A stretch of 59,253 bases of DNA, counting the filler. It is 3 parts of 3 records of this genome, joined end to end, with 100 filler letters (N's around TTAATTAATTAA, not from the genome) between each part and the next. Parts side by side here need not be neighbours in the genome. Positions count along the whole stretch, not along the records: positions 1 to 25,364 come from SRR20825006_654; positions 25,465 to 45,266 come from SRR20825006_658; 1 more part is not named here. One strand, written 5' to 3'. Positions 20,181 through 29,432 of this stretch are shown here, piece after piece. The position numbers were made by a program, and so were the translations under genes. The notes beneath the pieces are model-generated. The model had not been told where the DNA came from and did not search any database. It saw nothing but the letters and a program-made list of their open reading frames with translations. The stretch's first letter is position 1, and each line of letters starts with the position of its first letter.

Positions 20181-20209
20181 TTTAATTGGTAATTAGAAAT
20201 TATACATTT

Positions 20210-21547
20210 TTAAAGCCACTTTTTAGGCACAGGAATAATACAAATATTTAAGCTTCTGCCATCTTTAGAAAGCATAGCCGATTGAATTTCTATTTTAGTA
20301 CCATCAGGGCTAAAAGTAGGGTGCGGATGATCGGCAGCTGTTTGTTTATGCCCCGTGGATAACAACATCATTTCTCGGGTCTTCCTATTAATTAAATAAA
20401 TACTTCTTGAAAAATCATCACCAACGGCAAAACGTCCATCTGGAGATCCATGCACATGCCATAAACCACTCCCTGAAGGGGTTTGCCCTACAATAGTCAT
20501 TTCTCTAGTATTTATATTTACAATTCCAAGTCCTGTAGGTTTTTCTCTTGTTCCAGAAGGTCCCCACTCTGAATCTTGACCAGGATTGGCCCCCTTAACA
20601 TCCGTTCCCGCAGATACTTTAACGGTAGACTCTGGAATTTGTCGATGTCCCATAATAGCAAATGCAACTTCATTGGGTGTTATAACCGCCTCATGGGTTA
20701 CCCACTCATATTTTGACTCAGGGTAAAGCGGTCTCAAACCACTTCCGTCAGCATTCACTATCCACGTTCTTTGTGGAGATTTCCCGCCAGTTTCCCAACA
20801 AAATATAATTTGACCAGAAACCCAAGGGTTGGTTTGGATGTGCCCTACTTGAAACGGAACCGAAGTAACATATTTTATTTCCCCTGTATTAAGATTCATC
20901 CCAGCAATTCCGCCAGGACCTGCTCCCATATTTCTCGGGCCAAAATCTTCTTCAATCTTTATTCCTTTAGCTAAATGTTTTTGTGCAGCTTCTTTTCCTA
21001 CCCGAAACCAAGCCCATTCTTCATCAGCATCTAAAGCCATATCCCCACCAGCGCCCAATTCTCCTGGAGTAACACCACATACTTTTTGATAGGCATCAGC
21101 CGATTTTAAATTTCCGTTTGAACTGTCGTCAAAAAGCTTTTCTAAATTAACTACCACAATCTCAACCTCTTTACTTTCAGATACTTTCCTCATAAAATAT
21201 AACTTCATACTATTACGAGCTACATTTAACATCCCAGAATATCCTCCTTCAGTTACCTGAACAATTTCCCCAGATTTTTCATTTACAGCCATTGCTTCTC
21301 CTTCTACTCGATGAGATCTAAAAATAACCCATTCCCCATCTGAAGTCCATTGATTATGGGTTGGGTATATTTTAGAATCCCCATGAGGCTGACTAGTCAA
21401 AAAAGTTAATTCCGTACCAGTTACAGAATCTTTAATCACTTTTTTTTCTGAAGGAAAACGTCTTCCTATTTGTGCTGATAAACTACTAACAAACAAAAAA
21501 ACTGTTAGGCAAAATAAAGTTAGTGTTGTCTTTAACTGGACTTTCAT
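20210..21547 (-). CDS. Oligogalacturonate lyase-like (PL22-like) beta-propeller protein
   Basis: GHIQ, FCWE, WVTHE and HPHPTFSPDG motifs; N-terminal signal peptide. Confidence 0.72.
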   Translation of the reverse strand: MKVQLKTTLTLFCLTVFLFVSSLSAQIGRRFPSEKKVIKDSVTGTELTFLTSQPHGDSKIYPTHNQWTSDGEWVIFRSHRVEGEAMAVNEKSGEIVQVTEGGYSGMLNVARNSMKLYFMRKVSESKEVEIVVVNLEKLFDDSSNGNLKSADAYQKVCGVTPGELGAGGDMALDADEEWAWFRVGKEAAQKHLAKGIKIEEDFGPRNMGAGPGGIAGMNLNTGEIKYVTSVPFQVGHIQTNPWVSGQIIFCWETGGKSPQRTWIVNADGSGLRPLYPESKYEWVTHEAVITPNEVAFAIMGHRQIPESTVKVSAGTDVKGANPGQDSEWGPSGTREKPTGLGIVNINTREMTIVGQTPSGSGLWHVHGSPDGRFAVGDDFSRSIYLINRKTREMMLLSTGHKQTAADHPHPTFSPDGTKIEIQSAMLSKDGRSLNICIIPVPKKWL

Positions 21548-21559
21548 ATCTTAAATTTT

Positions 21560-22999
21560 TTATTCTTCTTTAAAAATAGGAGCATCAGTTGTAATTGGAT
21601 GCGAGTAGAACATTACGGCACTATCATTCATTTTAGGATAATTATTCTCCAATAAAGAAATCATTTCTGCTCCTGCTAGCAATACAGGACCATAACCATG
21701 AGCTGCATATACATTTACAGGTCTGTAATAATAATACGCTGGGTCAAAGCCCATTCCAGTTCCTACACAAGTTCCTTCTACCTGTCCTTTATTATTTATT
21801 TTTGTACTAATAGCATTCCAAGCCAAACAAACAACAGGTCCATAAGCTTTTGCATCTACATATCCTTTATTTATGGAACGAGCTATGGCGTACGTAAAAA
21901 TAGCGGTTGCAGAAGTCTCTAAAAATGAGTCATTTTTATCTATTAATTGATGCCATAAACCAGTAGCAGATTGATAGCTTGCCAAACCTTTAATATGATT
22001 TTGTAAGAGTTTTAATACTTCTTTTCTACCTTTATAATCCTCTGGAAGCACTTCAAGTAATTCCACCATTGTCATAATTGCCCAACCATTTGCTCTCCCC
22101 CAATGAAATTTTGGATGCTCTTCCATACTCTCAATCCATGCATGCATGTATAAATTCTTTTCGGTATCAAACATTCGCTCAGAAAACTGTAATACCTGTT
22201 TTACCGCATCATCATAATACTTATTATCTTTGGTATACTTTCCCATTTGCGCTAACGCAGGTACGCTCATAAAAAGATCGTCTAACCATAAGGAATTCTT
22301 CATAGGTCTATTTCTAGCTAGGGTTCCATCTTTTAATCTATATTGTTTATTACTTATATAATCAATATAGTTATTAATCATTCCATCTAATTCTCCTGAG
22401 AATCCTTGCCCTTTTGCTTTAATCATAGCGGCACAAATAGCTCCAGCATCATCTAAGGCATGCGGATGTATTACAGACTTTATTGGGTTTGATGCATCTG
22501 GATTTTCCTTATCTCGAGCCACCATGGATGGATATATTTCCGACAAGAATTGTATTCTATCCATCGTATAATCGCTAAATTTTTTGTCGCCTGTAACAGT
22601 TCCTGCTAAAAGCATTCCAGCATAGGTTACCCCCCATTCGTAACTAATTAATCTAAAATCTCCTTGCTTGAAAGCAATTTTATCATGCTTGGAAAAGTCT
22701 TTTATAGCAACTACTTCCTTGGTAGTTGCATCCACTATTTCCGCAGGAGTAGTTTCATTTAAATAATTATATACTTTTTCTAATGAATTAAGCACATCTT
22801 GCTTTTCTGGAACCCCGTATGGAACATCATACTTCGGTTTTAATAAATGTAAAGGAGTGTCTGAATCGGTTCCCGATTTTTGGGTGTATTGTGCATAACC
22901 CTGTGAAAAAGGAAATAGAAAAGACGCAAATATTATAAAATAAATGAAGTGCTTATTTGAAGCCGACTTTTCTTTGGTTGTGAACTTTGGAAGAAGCAT
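21560..22999 (-). CDS. Unsaturated rhamnogalacturonyl hydrolase (GH105/GH88, YteR/YesR-like)
   Basis: YEWG, ALDD, LWLDDLFM, WGRANGW, GLWHQL and ETSATA motifs. Confidence 0.92.
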   Translation of the reverse strand: MLLPKFTTKEKSASNKHFIYFIIFASFLFPFSQGYAQYTQKSGTDSDTPLHLLKPKYDVPYGVPEKQDVLNSLEKVYNYLNETTPAEIVDATTKEVVAIKDFSKHDKIAFKQGDFRLISYEWGVTYAGMLLAGTVTGDKKFSDYTMDRIQFLSEIYPSMVARDKENPDASNPIKSVIHPHALDDAGAICAAMIKAKGQGFSGELDGMINNYIDYISNKQYRLKDGTLARNRPMKNSLWLDDLFMSVPALAQMGKYTKDNKYYDDAVKQVLQFSERMFDTEKNLYMHAWIESMEEHPKFHWGRANGWAIMTMVELLEVLPEDYKGRKEVLKLLQNHIKGLASYQSATGLWHQLIDKNDSFLETSATAIFTYAIARSINKGYVDAKAYGPVVCLAWNAISTKINNKGQVEGTCVGTGMGFDPAYYYYRPVNVYAAHGYGPVLLAGAEMISLLENNYPKMNDSAVMFYSHPITTDAPIFKEE

Positions 23000-23060
23000 A
23001 ATTTAGTTTAGTGAGTTAATTAATAATTCACACAAATTAAAACTTATGCTATGGTAATAC

Positions 23061-23076
23061 ATCCTGTTCTGTCCTG
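23061..23076 (-). promoter_or_regulatory. Putative regulator site, copy 4 (CAGGAC-AGAA-CAGGAT)
   Basis: 21 nt upstream of TAATTTGT (23039-23032), ahead of the GH105-PL22 unit. Confidence 0.7.
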
Positions 23077-23140
23077 TAACATATTTTTAAGCATTTACAG
23101 CAGGATATTGTTCTATATAAAGTATCAACTTTTGCTATTG

Positions 23141-24934
23141 TTATTTATTAATAGTTGTTTTATCTAAAGAATCCATACCATATCCTAAATAAAAAGAAGG
23201 CCATGGAGGTTGGTTATAACCTACATTTTGCCATACAATAGCCATTCTGTATTGTCTGTTGTGCATTAGCGTGGTTAATCTTCTAGTAGAAACATCAGAA
23301 TTTATATAAATGCGTAAAGCCGAATTATCTGACGTTCGAAACATAACCTCTTCTCTCCAATCTCCAAACAGATCTGCTTGGAGACTTGGAGTAGCCTTAG
23401 TTCCATTATTGGAGCTACAGTTTTCAGCAGTAAAAATAGTTCCTATCCCATATTTAGAAATGGTTGTTCCATCTAGGAGTTCTCGTTGTAAATCGTTATC
23501 CCACCAAATAGCAAAATTTATAGATGGAATCTTTGAATCTACTACTTTTCCTTTAACATTATACACTCCCATATCTCCCATTGCCCAGAACTCGGCTCCT
23601 AAATGAGTAGAATCTATATCGGCTGCAAGTCCTCTTCCTACATCAATATTTTTTTTATGCTGCCAAATGATCTCTCCTGTACGAGCGCTTCTAAAAGTAA
23701 CTCCATCTTTTTTATTTTCATGAGGCATAAAAACTTCTAACCCTGGTCTGTTTGGATCAAAATCAGACACATGTAATGCATCTCCATGTCCTAAACCAGT
23801 TGTATAAAGACCTGTTCCATCATTATCAACCGTCATCGAACCATAAATAATTTCATCTTTCCCATCTTCATCTACATCTGCAATACTTAAACTATGATTT
23901 CCTTGTCCTGCATACTCTTGATTTACTTTATCATCTGTATCAAAAACCCAACGTTTAAGAAGTTGCCCATCTTTAAAATCCCAAGCTGCAATTACAGTTC
24001 GTGTATAATAACCTCTACACATTACCAAACTAGGATGTTGACCATCTAAATATGCTACCCCGCCTAAAAAACGATCTACCCTATTACCATAAGTATCTCC
24101 CCAAGCTTCTAAATCTCCTCTAGCAGGCAAATAATCTGTGGTTGATATAGCTTTTCCTGTTTCTCCATCAAAAACGGTAAGATATTCTGACCCTTGTGTT
24201 ATCCTTCCTACTTTATTTCTGTAATCTTTATTTGTTTCCCCGATGATATTTCCGAGTCCATCTTTAGTTCCGTCTGCTGTTTTACAAGCCATTTCTGCTT
24301 TTCCATCGCCATCCAAATCATATACCATAAATTGCGTATAATGCGCTCCAGCACGTATATTAATCCCTAAATCTACACGCCATTTTAACTTTCCAGTCAT
24401 TGTATATGCATCTATATAAACATTCCCAGTGTAACCCTCGTGCGAATTATCTTTTGCATTAGTAGGATTCCATTTAAGAATAACTTCATATTGACCATCG
24501 CCATCTAAATCTCCCACACTTGCATCATTAGCAGTGTAAGTATAAGAAACCCCATCGGGAGTTGTTCCTCCTTGTGGAATTTGTAATGGAATTTCTAAAT
24601 AATTCTGTTGCCATACTTTTACCTTCTCAGAAACTAAGACCTCTTTATTATCCAGAACAGCTTTTATTTGGTAAGTAGCGTTTTTAATAGTAGCATCAAG
24701 GAAATTTGTAGATTGTTTTATAGGTTGATTATTTAATAAAACCCCATCTCGATACACATTAAAAGAAACATTTTTAGAGTCGCTTTCCAATAATCTCCAA
24801 GCCACATATACCTCCTTAGGATTTGTTCTTATGGCGACTAACCCTCTGTTTAAATCTTCCATTTTATGTTGTGCACTGGTATTAAATAATCCTGCAATTG
24901 TAAATAACAGCATCCATAGGTAGTTGGCTTTCAT
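23141..24934 (-). CDS. Rhamnogalacturonan lyase (PL11, YesW/YesX-like)
   Basis: MEDLNRGLVA, DLDGDGQYE Ca-binding loops, NIRAGAHY, RGYYTR, GQGNH, HGDALH and YNQPP motifs. Confidence 0.95.
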   Translation of the reverse strand: MKANYLWMLLFTIAGLFNTSAQHKMEDLNRGLVAIRTNPKEVYVAWRLLESDSKNVSFNVYRDGVLLNNQPIKQSTNFLDATIKNATYQIKAVLDNKEVLVSEKVKVWQQNYLEIPLQIPQGGTTPDGVSYTYTANDASVGDLDGDGQYEVILKWNPTNAKDNSHEGYTGNVYIDAYTMTGKLKWRVDLGINIRAGAHYTQFMVYDLDGDGKAEMACKTADGTKDGLGNIIGETNKDYRNKVGRITQGSEYLTVFDGETGKAISTTDYLPARGDLEAWGDTYGNRVDRFLGGVAYLDGQHPSLVMCRGYYTRTVIAAWDFKDGQLLKRWVFDTDDKVNQEYAGQGNHSLSIADVDEDGKDEIIYGSMTVDNDGTGLYTTGLGHGDALHVSDFDPNRPGLEVFMPHENKKDGVTFRSARTGEIIWQHKKNIDVGRGLAADIDSTHLGAEFWAMGDMGVYNVKGKVVDSKIPSINFAIWWDNDLQRELLDGTTISKYGIGTIFTAENCSSNNGTKATPSLQADLFGDWREEVMFRTSDNSALRIYINSDVSTRRLTTLMHNRQYRMAIVWQNVGYNQPPWPSFYLGYGMDSLDKTTINK

Positions 24935-25005
24935 ATTGGCTTTTCTTAAGATTTTAAGACTTGTAATTTAGATTCTTAAAAGTATGCCATTGTAAGAAAC
25001 CTCTT

Positions 25006-25021
25006 ATCCTGTACTATCCTG
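25006..25021 (-). promoter_or_regulatory. Putative regulator site, copy 5 (perfect CAGGAT-AGTA-CAGGAT)
   Basis: 21 nt upstream of TACTTTTA (24984-24977), ahead of PL11. Confidence 0.75.
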
Positions 25022-25042
25022 AAGTTAAGAATTATAAATTAT

Positions 25043-25282
25043 TTAGTTATTCCGTAAAGCTGTTATTAATTCTTTTTTCTTCATTTTAGAGCGTCCAGAA
25101 ATACCAACATTTTTGGCTTGGTCATACAACTCCTCTTTTGTCCATTGCTCATAAGGTTTTGCTTTCCCTCCTTTTTTTCCTGAATCTGGTGTATTTACTA
25201 TTCGGGCAGATTTTTCTTTACTATAACCTTTATCTCGTAAAGCCTCATACTGCTCTTCATTTTTTATTCTTGGATTTGGCAT
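25043..25282 (-). CDS. Small basic protein with Rho-termination-factor N-terminal-like domain
   Basis: YEALRDKGYSKEKSARI and TKEELYDQAK..GISGRSKMKKKELI..L motifs. Confidence 0.8.
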   Translation of the reverse strand: MPNPRIKNEEQYEALRDKGYSKEKSARIVNTPDSGKKGGKAKPYEQWTKEELYDQAKNVGISGRSKMKKKELITALRNN

Positions 25283-25364
25283 TTTCTTAAAATTTTAATA
25301 GTTAAATCAACTACCTCAAGGCAAGCCTACGTGCTATTCAAAGGAAAATAATTTAATCCATTTC

Positions 25365-25464
25365 NNNNNNNNNNNNNNNNNNNNNNNNNNNNNNNNNNNN
25401 NNNNNNNNTTAATTAATTAANNNNNNNNNNNNNNNNNNNNNNNNNNNNNNNNNNNNNNNNNNNN
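25365..25464. other. Artificial contig spacer (N44-TTAATTAATTAA-N44)
   Basis: Six-frame-stop linker within Ns; base composition and gene content change abruptly across it. Confidence 0.98.
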
Positions 25465-25901
25465 TCATCATCATGACCGATGCGGACGTGGACGGCGCCC
25501 ACATTGCAGCTTTGTTGATGACATTCTTCTTCCAAGAAATGCCGGATCTGGTGCGCGAAGGCCATTTGTTCCTCGCCGTGCCACCTCTTTATCGCATCAC
25601 CCAAGGCGCAAAAACTTTGTATGCCAAAGATGATGCCCACAAAGATAAATTGATGGCGGAAGAATTTACTGGACGTGGCAAAGTTGAAATCACCCGATTT
25701 AAGGGCTTGGGCGAAATGCCGTTCCAACACCTTAAAGAAACCACAATGAAACCGGGGTCTCGCACCCTCTTGCGCATTGATGTTGCAAGCCAATTTGATG
25801 AGACCAAAGACAGTATCGAACGTCTTATGGGCAACAAACCTGAGCTTCGTTTTCAGTTCATCCAAGAAAACGCAGCCTTTGTTGACGACCTCGATATTTA
25901 G
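25465..25901 (+). CDS. parE: DNA topoisomerase IV subunit B, C-terminal fragment (5'-truncated)
   Basis: IIMTDADVDGAHI, PPLY and RFKGLGEM motifs; lacks the long proteobacterial GyrB insertion. Confidence 0.88.
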
Positions 25902-26054
25902 GCTTTCCCCTCAATTCATCTTCAGTTCAGCCGGGGTTCGTTAAGAAAGATTCCCAATAACCCATTGACTTAACGGTTATTGTCGTTATGGTCTCGTGCG
26001 CGGGGCCACTAAACAAAACATGACCAACACAACTGGCTAAGTGGACGTATTTAC

Positions 26055-27431
26055 TTGAGCGAACATTTTTCAAAACTTGGATTGAGCCAATCCGTTGTTA
26101 ATGCTGTGTCTGATGCAGGCTACAGCCAACCAACGGATATTCAGCAAAAAGCAATTCCGCATATCTTGGAAAAACGAGATATTGTCGGCATTGCCCAAAC
26201 AGGTACTGGCAAAACAGCTTCGTTTGTATTGCCCATGTTGACCCTGCTGGAAAAAGGCCGGGCACGCGCCCGCATGCCGCGCACATTGATTTTAGAGCCA
26301 ACGCGCGAGCTCGCAGCTCAAGTTCATGAAAACTTTGAGAAATACGGCAAGAACCACAAATTGACCGTGGCCTTGCTGATCGGCGGCGTTTCCTTTGAAG
26401 AACAAAATAAAAAGCTGGACCGTGGCGCAGATGTTTTGATCGCGACACCGGGCCGCTTGCTTGATCATTTTGAACGCGGCCGCCTGTTGATGACTGGTGT
26501 GGACATTTTCGTGATCGACGAAGCTGACCGCATGCTAGACATGGGCTTTGTGCCAGATATTGAGCGCGTCAGCGCCCTGTTGCCAAAGCGTCGTCAAACC
26601 CTGCTATTCTCCGCAACTATGCCGGATGAAATTGCAAAATTGACCCATAAATTCTTGACCAATCCTGAGCGCGTGGAAGTGGCGCGGCAAAATTCAACTG
26701 CCGAAACCATCACCCAAAAAGCGATCAAAGTTGGTTCAAAGCCGTTTGAAAAACGCGCTGCATTGCGCGCGCAAATCAATGCGGCGAAAGATCTGAACAA
26801 CGCCATCATCTTCTGCAATCGCAAACGCGACATCGCCACCCTCACCCGTTCGCTCGAACGGCACGGGTTTAACGCTGGCGCTTTGCATGGGGATATGGAC
26901 CAGAAAAGCCGCATGGCCACATTGGATGGCTTCAAATCTGGTGCCATCAAAATTTTGGTGGCCAGTGATGTGGCTGCACGTGGCTTGGATATTCCAGAAG
27001 TGAGCCATGTTTATAACTTCGATGTGCCAACACATGCCGAAGATTATGTGCACAGAATCGGTCGCACAGGTCGCGCTGGCCGTACGGGCGAAGCCGTCAG
27101 CTTGGTAACGAAGGCTGATGAGAAATATCTCAGCGCAATCGAAAAGCTGATCGAAAAAACGATTCCAATCGAAAAATTCGAACAAGAAGAATCAGCACAA
27201 TCTAATTCTGATAAGTCAAACAGCGAAAAGCCTAAGCGCAATCGCGGCCAAAAGAAGCAAGCCGCTGAAAACGCCGAAAAAAATCAGAAAAGCGCCTCGA
27301 CAGAATCAGAAAAACCATCAAAGAATAACCGCAAAAAGCGTTCTGGAAATGACAACCAGGACCGGGTGCCATTTGGTCAATCAGATCAGGTGCCTGCCTT
27401 CTTGCTAAGGCCTGTTCGACGCGCAAGTTAA
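26055..27431 (+). CDS. DEAD-box RNA helicase (RhlE-like)
   Basis: AQTGTGKT, PTRELA, DEAD, SAT and HRIGRTGR motifs; basic tail; TTG start. Possible promoter TTGACT-N16-TATGGT at 25965-25992. Confidence 0.95.
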   Translation: MSEHFSKLGLSQSVVNAVSDAGYSQPTDIQQKAIPHILEKRDIVGIAQTGTGKTASFVLPMLTLLEKGRARARMPRTLILEPTRELAAQVHENFEKYGKNHKLTVALLIGGVSFEEQNKKLDRGADVLIATPGRLLDHFERGRLLMTGVDIFVIDEADRMLDMGFVPDIERVSALLPKRRQTLLFSATMPDEIAKLTHKFLTNPERVEVARQNSTAETITQKAIKVGSKPFEKRAALRAQINAAKDLNNAIIFCNRKRDIATLTRSLERHGFNAGALHGDMDQKSRMATLDGFKSGAIKILVASDVAARGLDIPEVSHVYNFDVPTHAEDYVHRIGRTGRAGRTGEAVSLVTKADEKYLSAIEKLIEKTIPIEKFEQEESAQSNSDKSNSEKPKRNRGQKKQAAENAEKNQKSASTESEKPSKNNRKKRSGNDNQDRVPFGQSDQVPAFLLRPVRRAS

Positions 27432-27547
27432 CGGCGTTTTTAACGCAAAATTTATAGATCGCGCATTACAAACAGGGTGTGGGTAAATAAGCTTTGGGGA
27501 AATTGCATCAAATTGCAATTAACGCAAAGTCTGGTTCGGAATTAGAT

Positions 27548-28609
27548 ATGCTTGTATCTGAACATGATTATCAGCGTACTCTTGAGTACTCTTTTGCCGC
27601 TTTGGGCATGCTCAAGCGCGCGAAGATTCCGCCCTACCCGCATTTCTACGAACTTTGTTACACTTACGCATCCGGCATTAATGAGCAGCTCAACGAGCGG
27701 CTAAACATGCTGTTGGGCGAAGACAACACGCTTTCCATGGAAAACGTGTTGCAAGTCTATCGCGAGTTCTTTGACAATCCGTCAGATCTTGAATCACGTT
27801 TGACCAGCGTGTCGCAAGAAATGTCATCTAAAATTGACGCGGTTAATCGCGCCATGGATGACGCGATCGACACTGCCGAAGGTTATTCTGGTTCGTTGGA
27901 TCAAGCTGAGCAGCAATTGCTTGGTGCGATTGACCAAGAAGCCCTGCGCATCTTGGCAAATAAGCTTTTGGCCGAAACCCACAAAATGCAGGAAGCCAAC
28001 AAAAACCTCGAAGAAAAGCTCAAAGTGTCTAAGCAAGACATTTCTAGCTTGAAACGAGATTTGGACACGGCCCGCCGTGAAACCATGTTGGATCCGCTGA
28101 CCAAAATTGCGAACCGCAAAAGCTTTGACCAACGCCTCAAGCAAGTTCTTGAAATCAGCAAGAAAACAGGCACAACCTTCTGCTTGTTGATGATGGATAT
28201 CGACCATTTCAAAGCCTTCAACGACAATTATGGCCACCAAACTGGTGACCAGGTTTTGCGTCTTGTGGCCATGACATTGAAGTCAAATCTGAAAGGTCGC
28301 GATCACGCTTCTCGCTTTGGCGGTGAAGAGTTTGCTGCCATTTTGCCAGATACAGACATTCGTGGCGCTCGCTTGATCGCAGAAAAAATTCGTAAGGCTG
28401 TGCACGCTAAAGAACTTCTGAAGCGCTCAACAAACGAAAAGTTGGGCCGCATCACCGTTTCCATCGGTGCCGCACAATATCGTCACGAAGAATCAATTCC
28501 AGAATTGATCGAACGCGCAGACGGTTGCTTGTACACAGCAAAACGCACTGGCCGTAACCGTGTAGTTTGCGAAACTGATGATGAGTTCCGCAAACCAAAA
28601 GTGGCGTAA
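27548..28609 (+). CDS. Diguanylate cyclase (coiled coil plus GGDEF domain)
   Basis: DPLT..ANR, DIDHFK..ND.YGH..GD and RFGGEEF motifs; ATG 27548 preferred over TTG 27494. Confidence 0.92.
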   Translation: MLVSEHDYQRTLEYSFAALGMLKRAKIPPYPHFYELCYTYASGINEQLNERLNMLLGEDNTLSMENVLQVYREFFDNPSDLESRLTSVSQEMSSKIDAVNRAMDDAIDTAEGYSGSLDQAEQQLLGAIDQEALRILANKLLAETHKMQEANKNLEEKLKVSKQDISSLKRDLDTARRETMLDPLTKIANRKSFDQRLKQVLEISKKTGTTFCLLMMDIDHFKAFNDNYGHQTGDQVLRLVAMTLKSNLKGRDHASRFGGEEFAAILPDTDIRGARLIAEKIRKAVHAKELLKRSTNEKLGRITVSIGAAQYRHEESIPELIERADGCLYTAKRTGRNRVVCETDDEFRKPKVA

Positions 28610-28638
28610 GCCCTTAAAACTTCAAGAAAATTACGGCG

Positions 28639-29025
28639 CTATTCCGCAGAAGCACGCGCTTCGGCCAAGGCTTTCAAATCTGCTGGCTCCAGCATAACGC
28701 TTTCGCCACACCCACATGAACCTGTTTGGTTCGGGTTTTTAAAGGTGAATTCGGACCCAAGAAGCTCTTCCTTAAAGTCCATTTCCGTGCCCAGCAAAAA
28801 CATGGTTGCTTTAGGGTCGACAAAAACTTCGACCCCATGTTCACTCACATGGTCATCGCCAGGCGTTTTTTCTTTCACATAATCAAGGGTATAGGCCATG
28901 CCAGCACAGCCAGCATTTTTCACACCCACGCGCACACCAATCACATCATCATCGCCCGATTGCGCAATAATGCTCTTCACCTCTTCGGCGGCGCGCTCTG
29001 TGATGCTCATGATTTTCAATGCCAT
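28639..29025 (-). CDS. sufA: A-type Fe-S carrier (SufA/IscA/HesB)
   Basis: GCAGM.Y and NPN...SCGCGES motifs; ATG at 29025 just after the sufT stop. Confidence 0.92.
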   Translation of the reverse strand: MALKIMSITERAAEEVKSIIAQSGDDDVIGVRVGVKNAGCAGMAYTLDYVKEKTPGDDHVSEHGVEVFVDPKATMFLLGTEMDFKEELLGSEFTFKNPNQTGSCGCGESVMLEPADLKALAEARASAE

Positions 29026-29027
29026 TC

Positions 29028-29423
29028 TTACCACCAATTCAGGGCGACCATCGCCTCTTCTGACATGCGAGATTGATCCCAAGGCGGATCAAACACCATG
29101 TTGACCTTCACATCCTGCACACCTTCAACTGAGGCGACAGCATTTTCAACCCAGATAGGCATTTCGCCAGCCACGGGGCATCCTGGTGCGGTCAACGTCA
29201 TATCGATCGTAATGTTCCGATTGTCGTCCAGATCCACTTTATAGATCAGGCCGAGCTCATAAATATCGACCGGAATTTCCGGATCGTAAACTGTTTTCAG
29301 CGCCCCAACAATATTTTCGGTCAGCTTCTCTAACTCTTCAGGAGAGAGATTCGAGCTCTCAGCAGAAATTGTTGCCGCGTTTGGGCTGGGCTGTTCTGCT
29401 TGTGCCATTTCAGTTTCACTCAT
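29028..29423 (-). CDS. sufT: SUF system DUF59 protein
   Basis: VYDPEIPVDIYELGLIY, MTLTAPGCP and FDPPW motifs. Confidence 0.9.
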   Translation of the reverse strand: MSETEMAQAEQPSPNAATISAESSNLSPEELEKLTENIVGALKTVYDPEIPVDIYELGLIYKVDLDDNRNITIDMTLTAPGCPVAGEMPIWVENAVASVEGVQDVKVNMVFDPPWDQSRMSEEAMVALNWW

Positions 29424-29432
29424 GATCTTCTC

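Noticed and set aside
1-25364. Absence of susC/susD as a novel transporter-less PUL
   Set aside because: The cluster is cut at the left window edge, so the pair may lie outside the window.
25365-25464. Sharp composition shifts and TTAATTAATTAA palindromes (also 45267-45366) as genomic-island boundaries
   Set aside because: These are identical N-padded linkers with genes truncated at the edges, so they are concatenation artefacts. No cross-contig association is meaningful.
27428-27444. CtrA box upstream of the diguanylate cyclase
   Set aside because: The spacing is TTAA-N8-TTAAC rather than the canonical N7, so it is not supportable alone.
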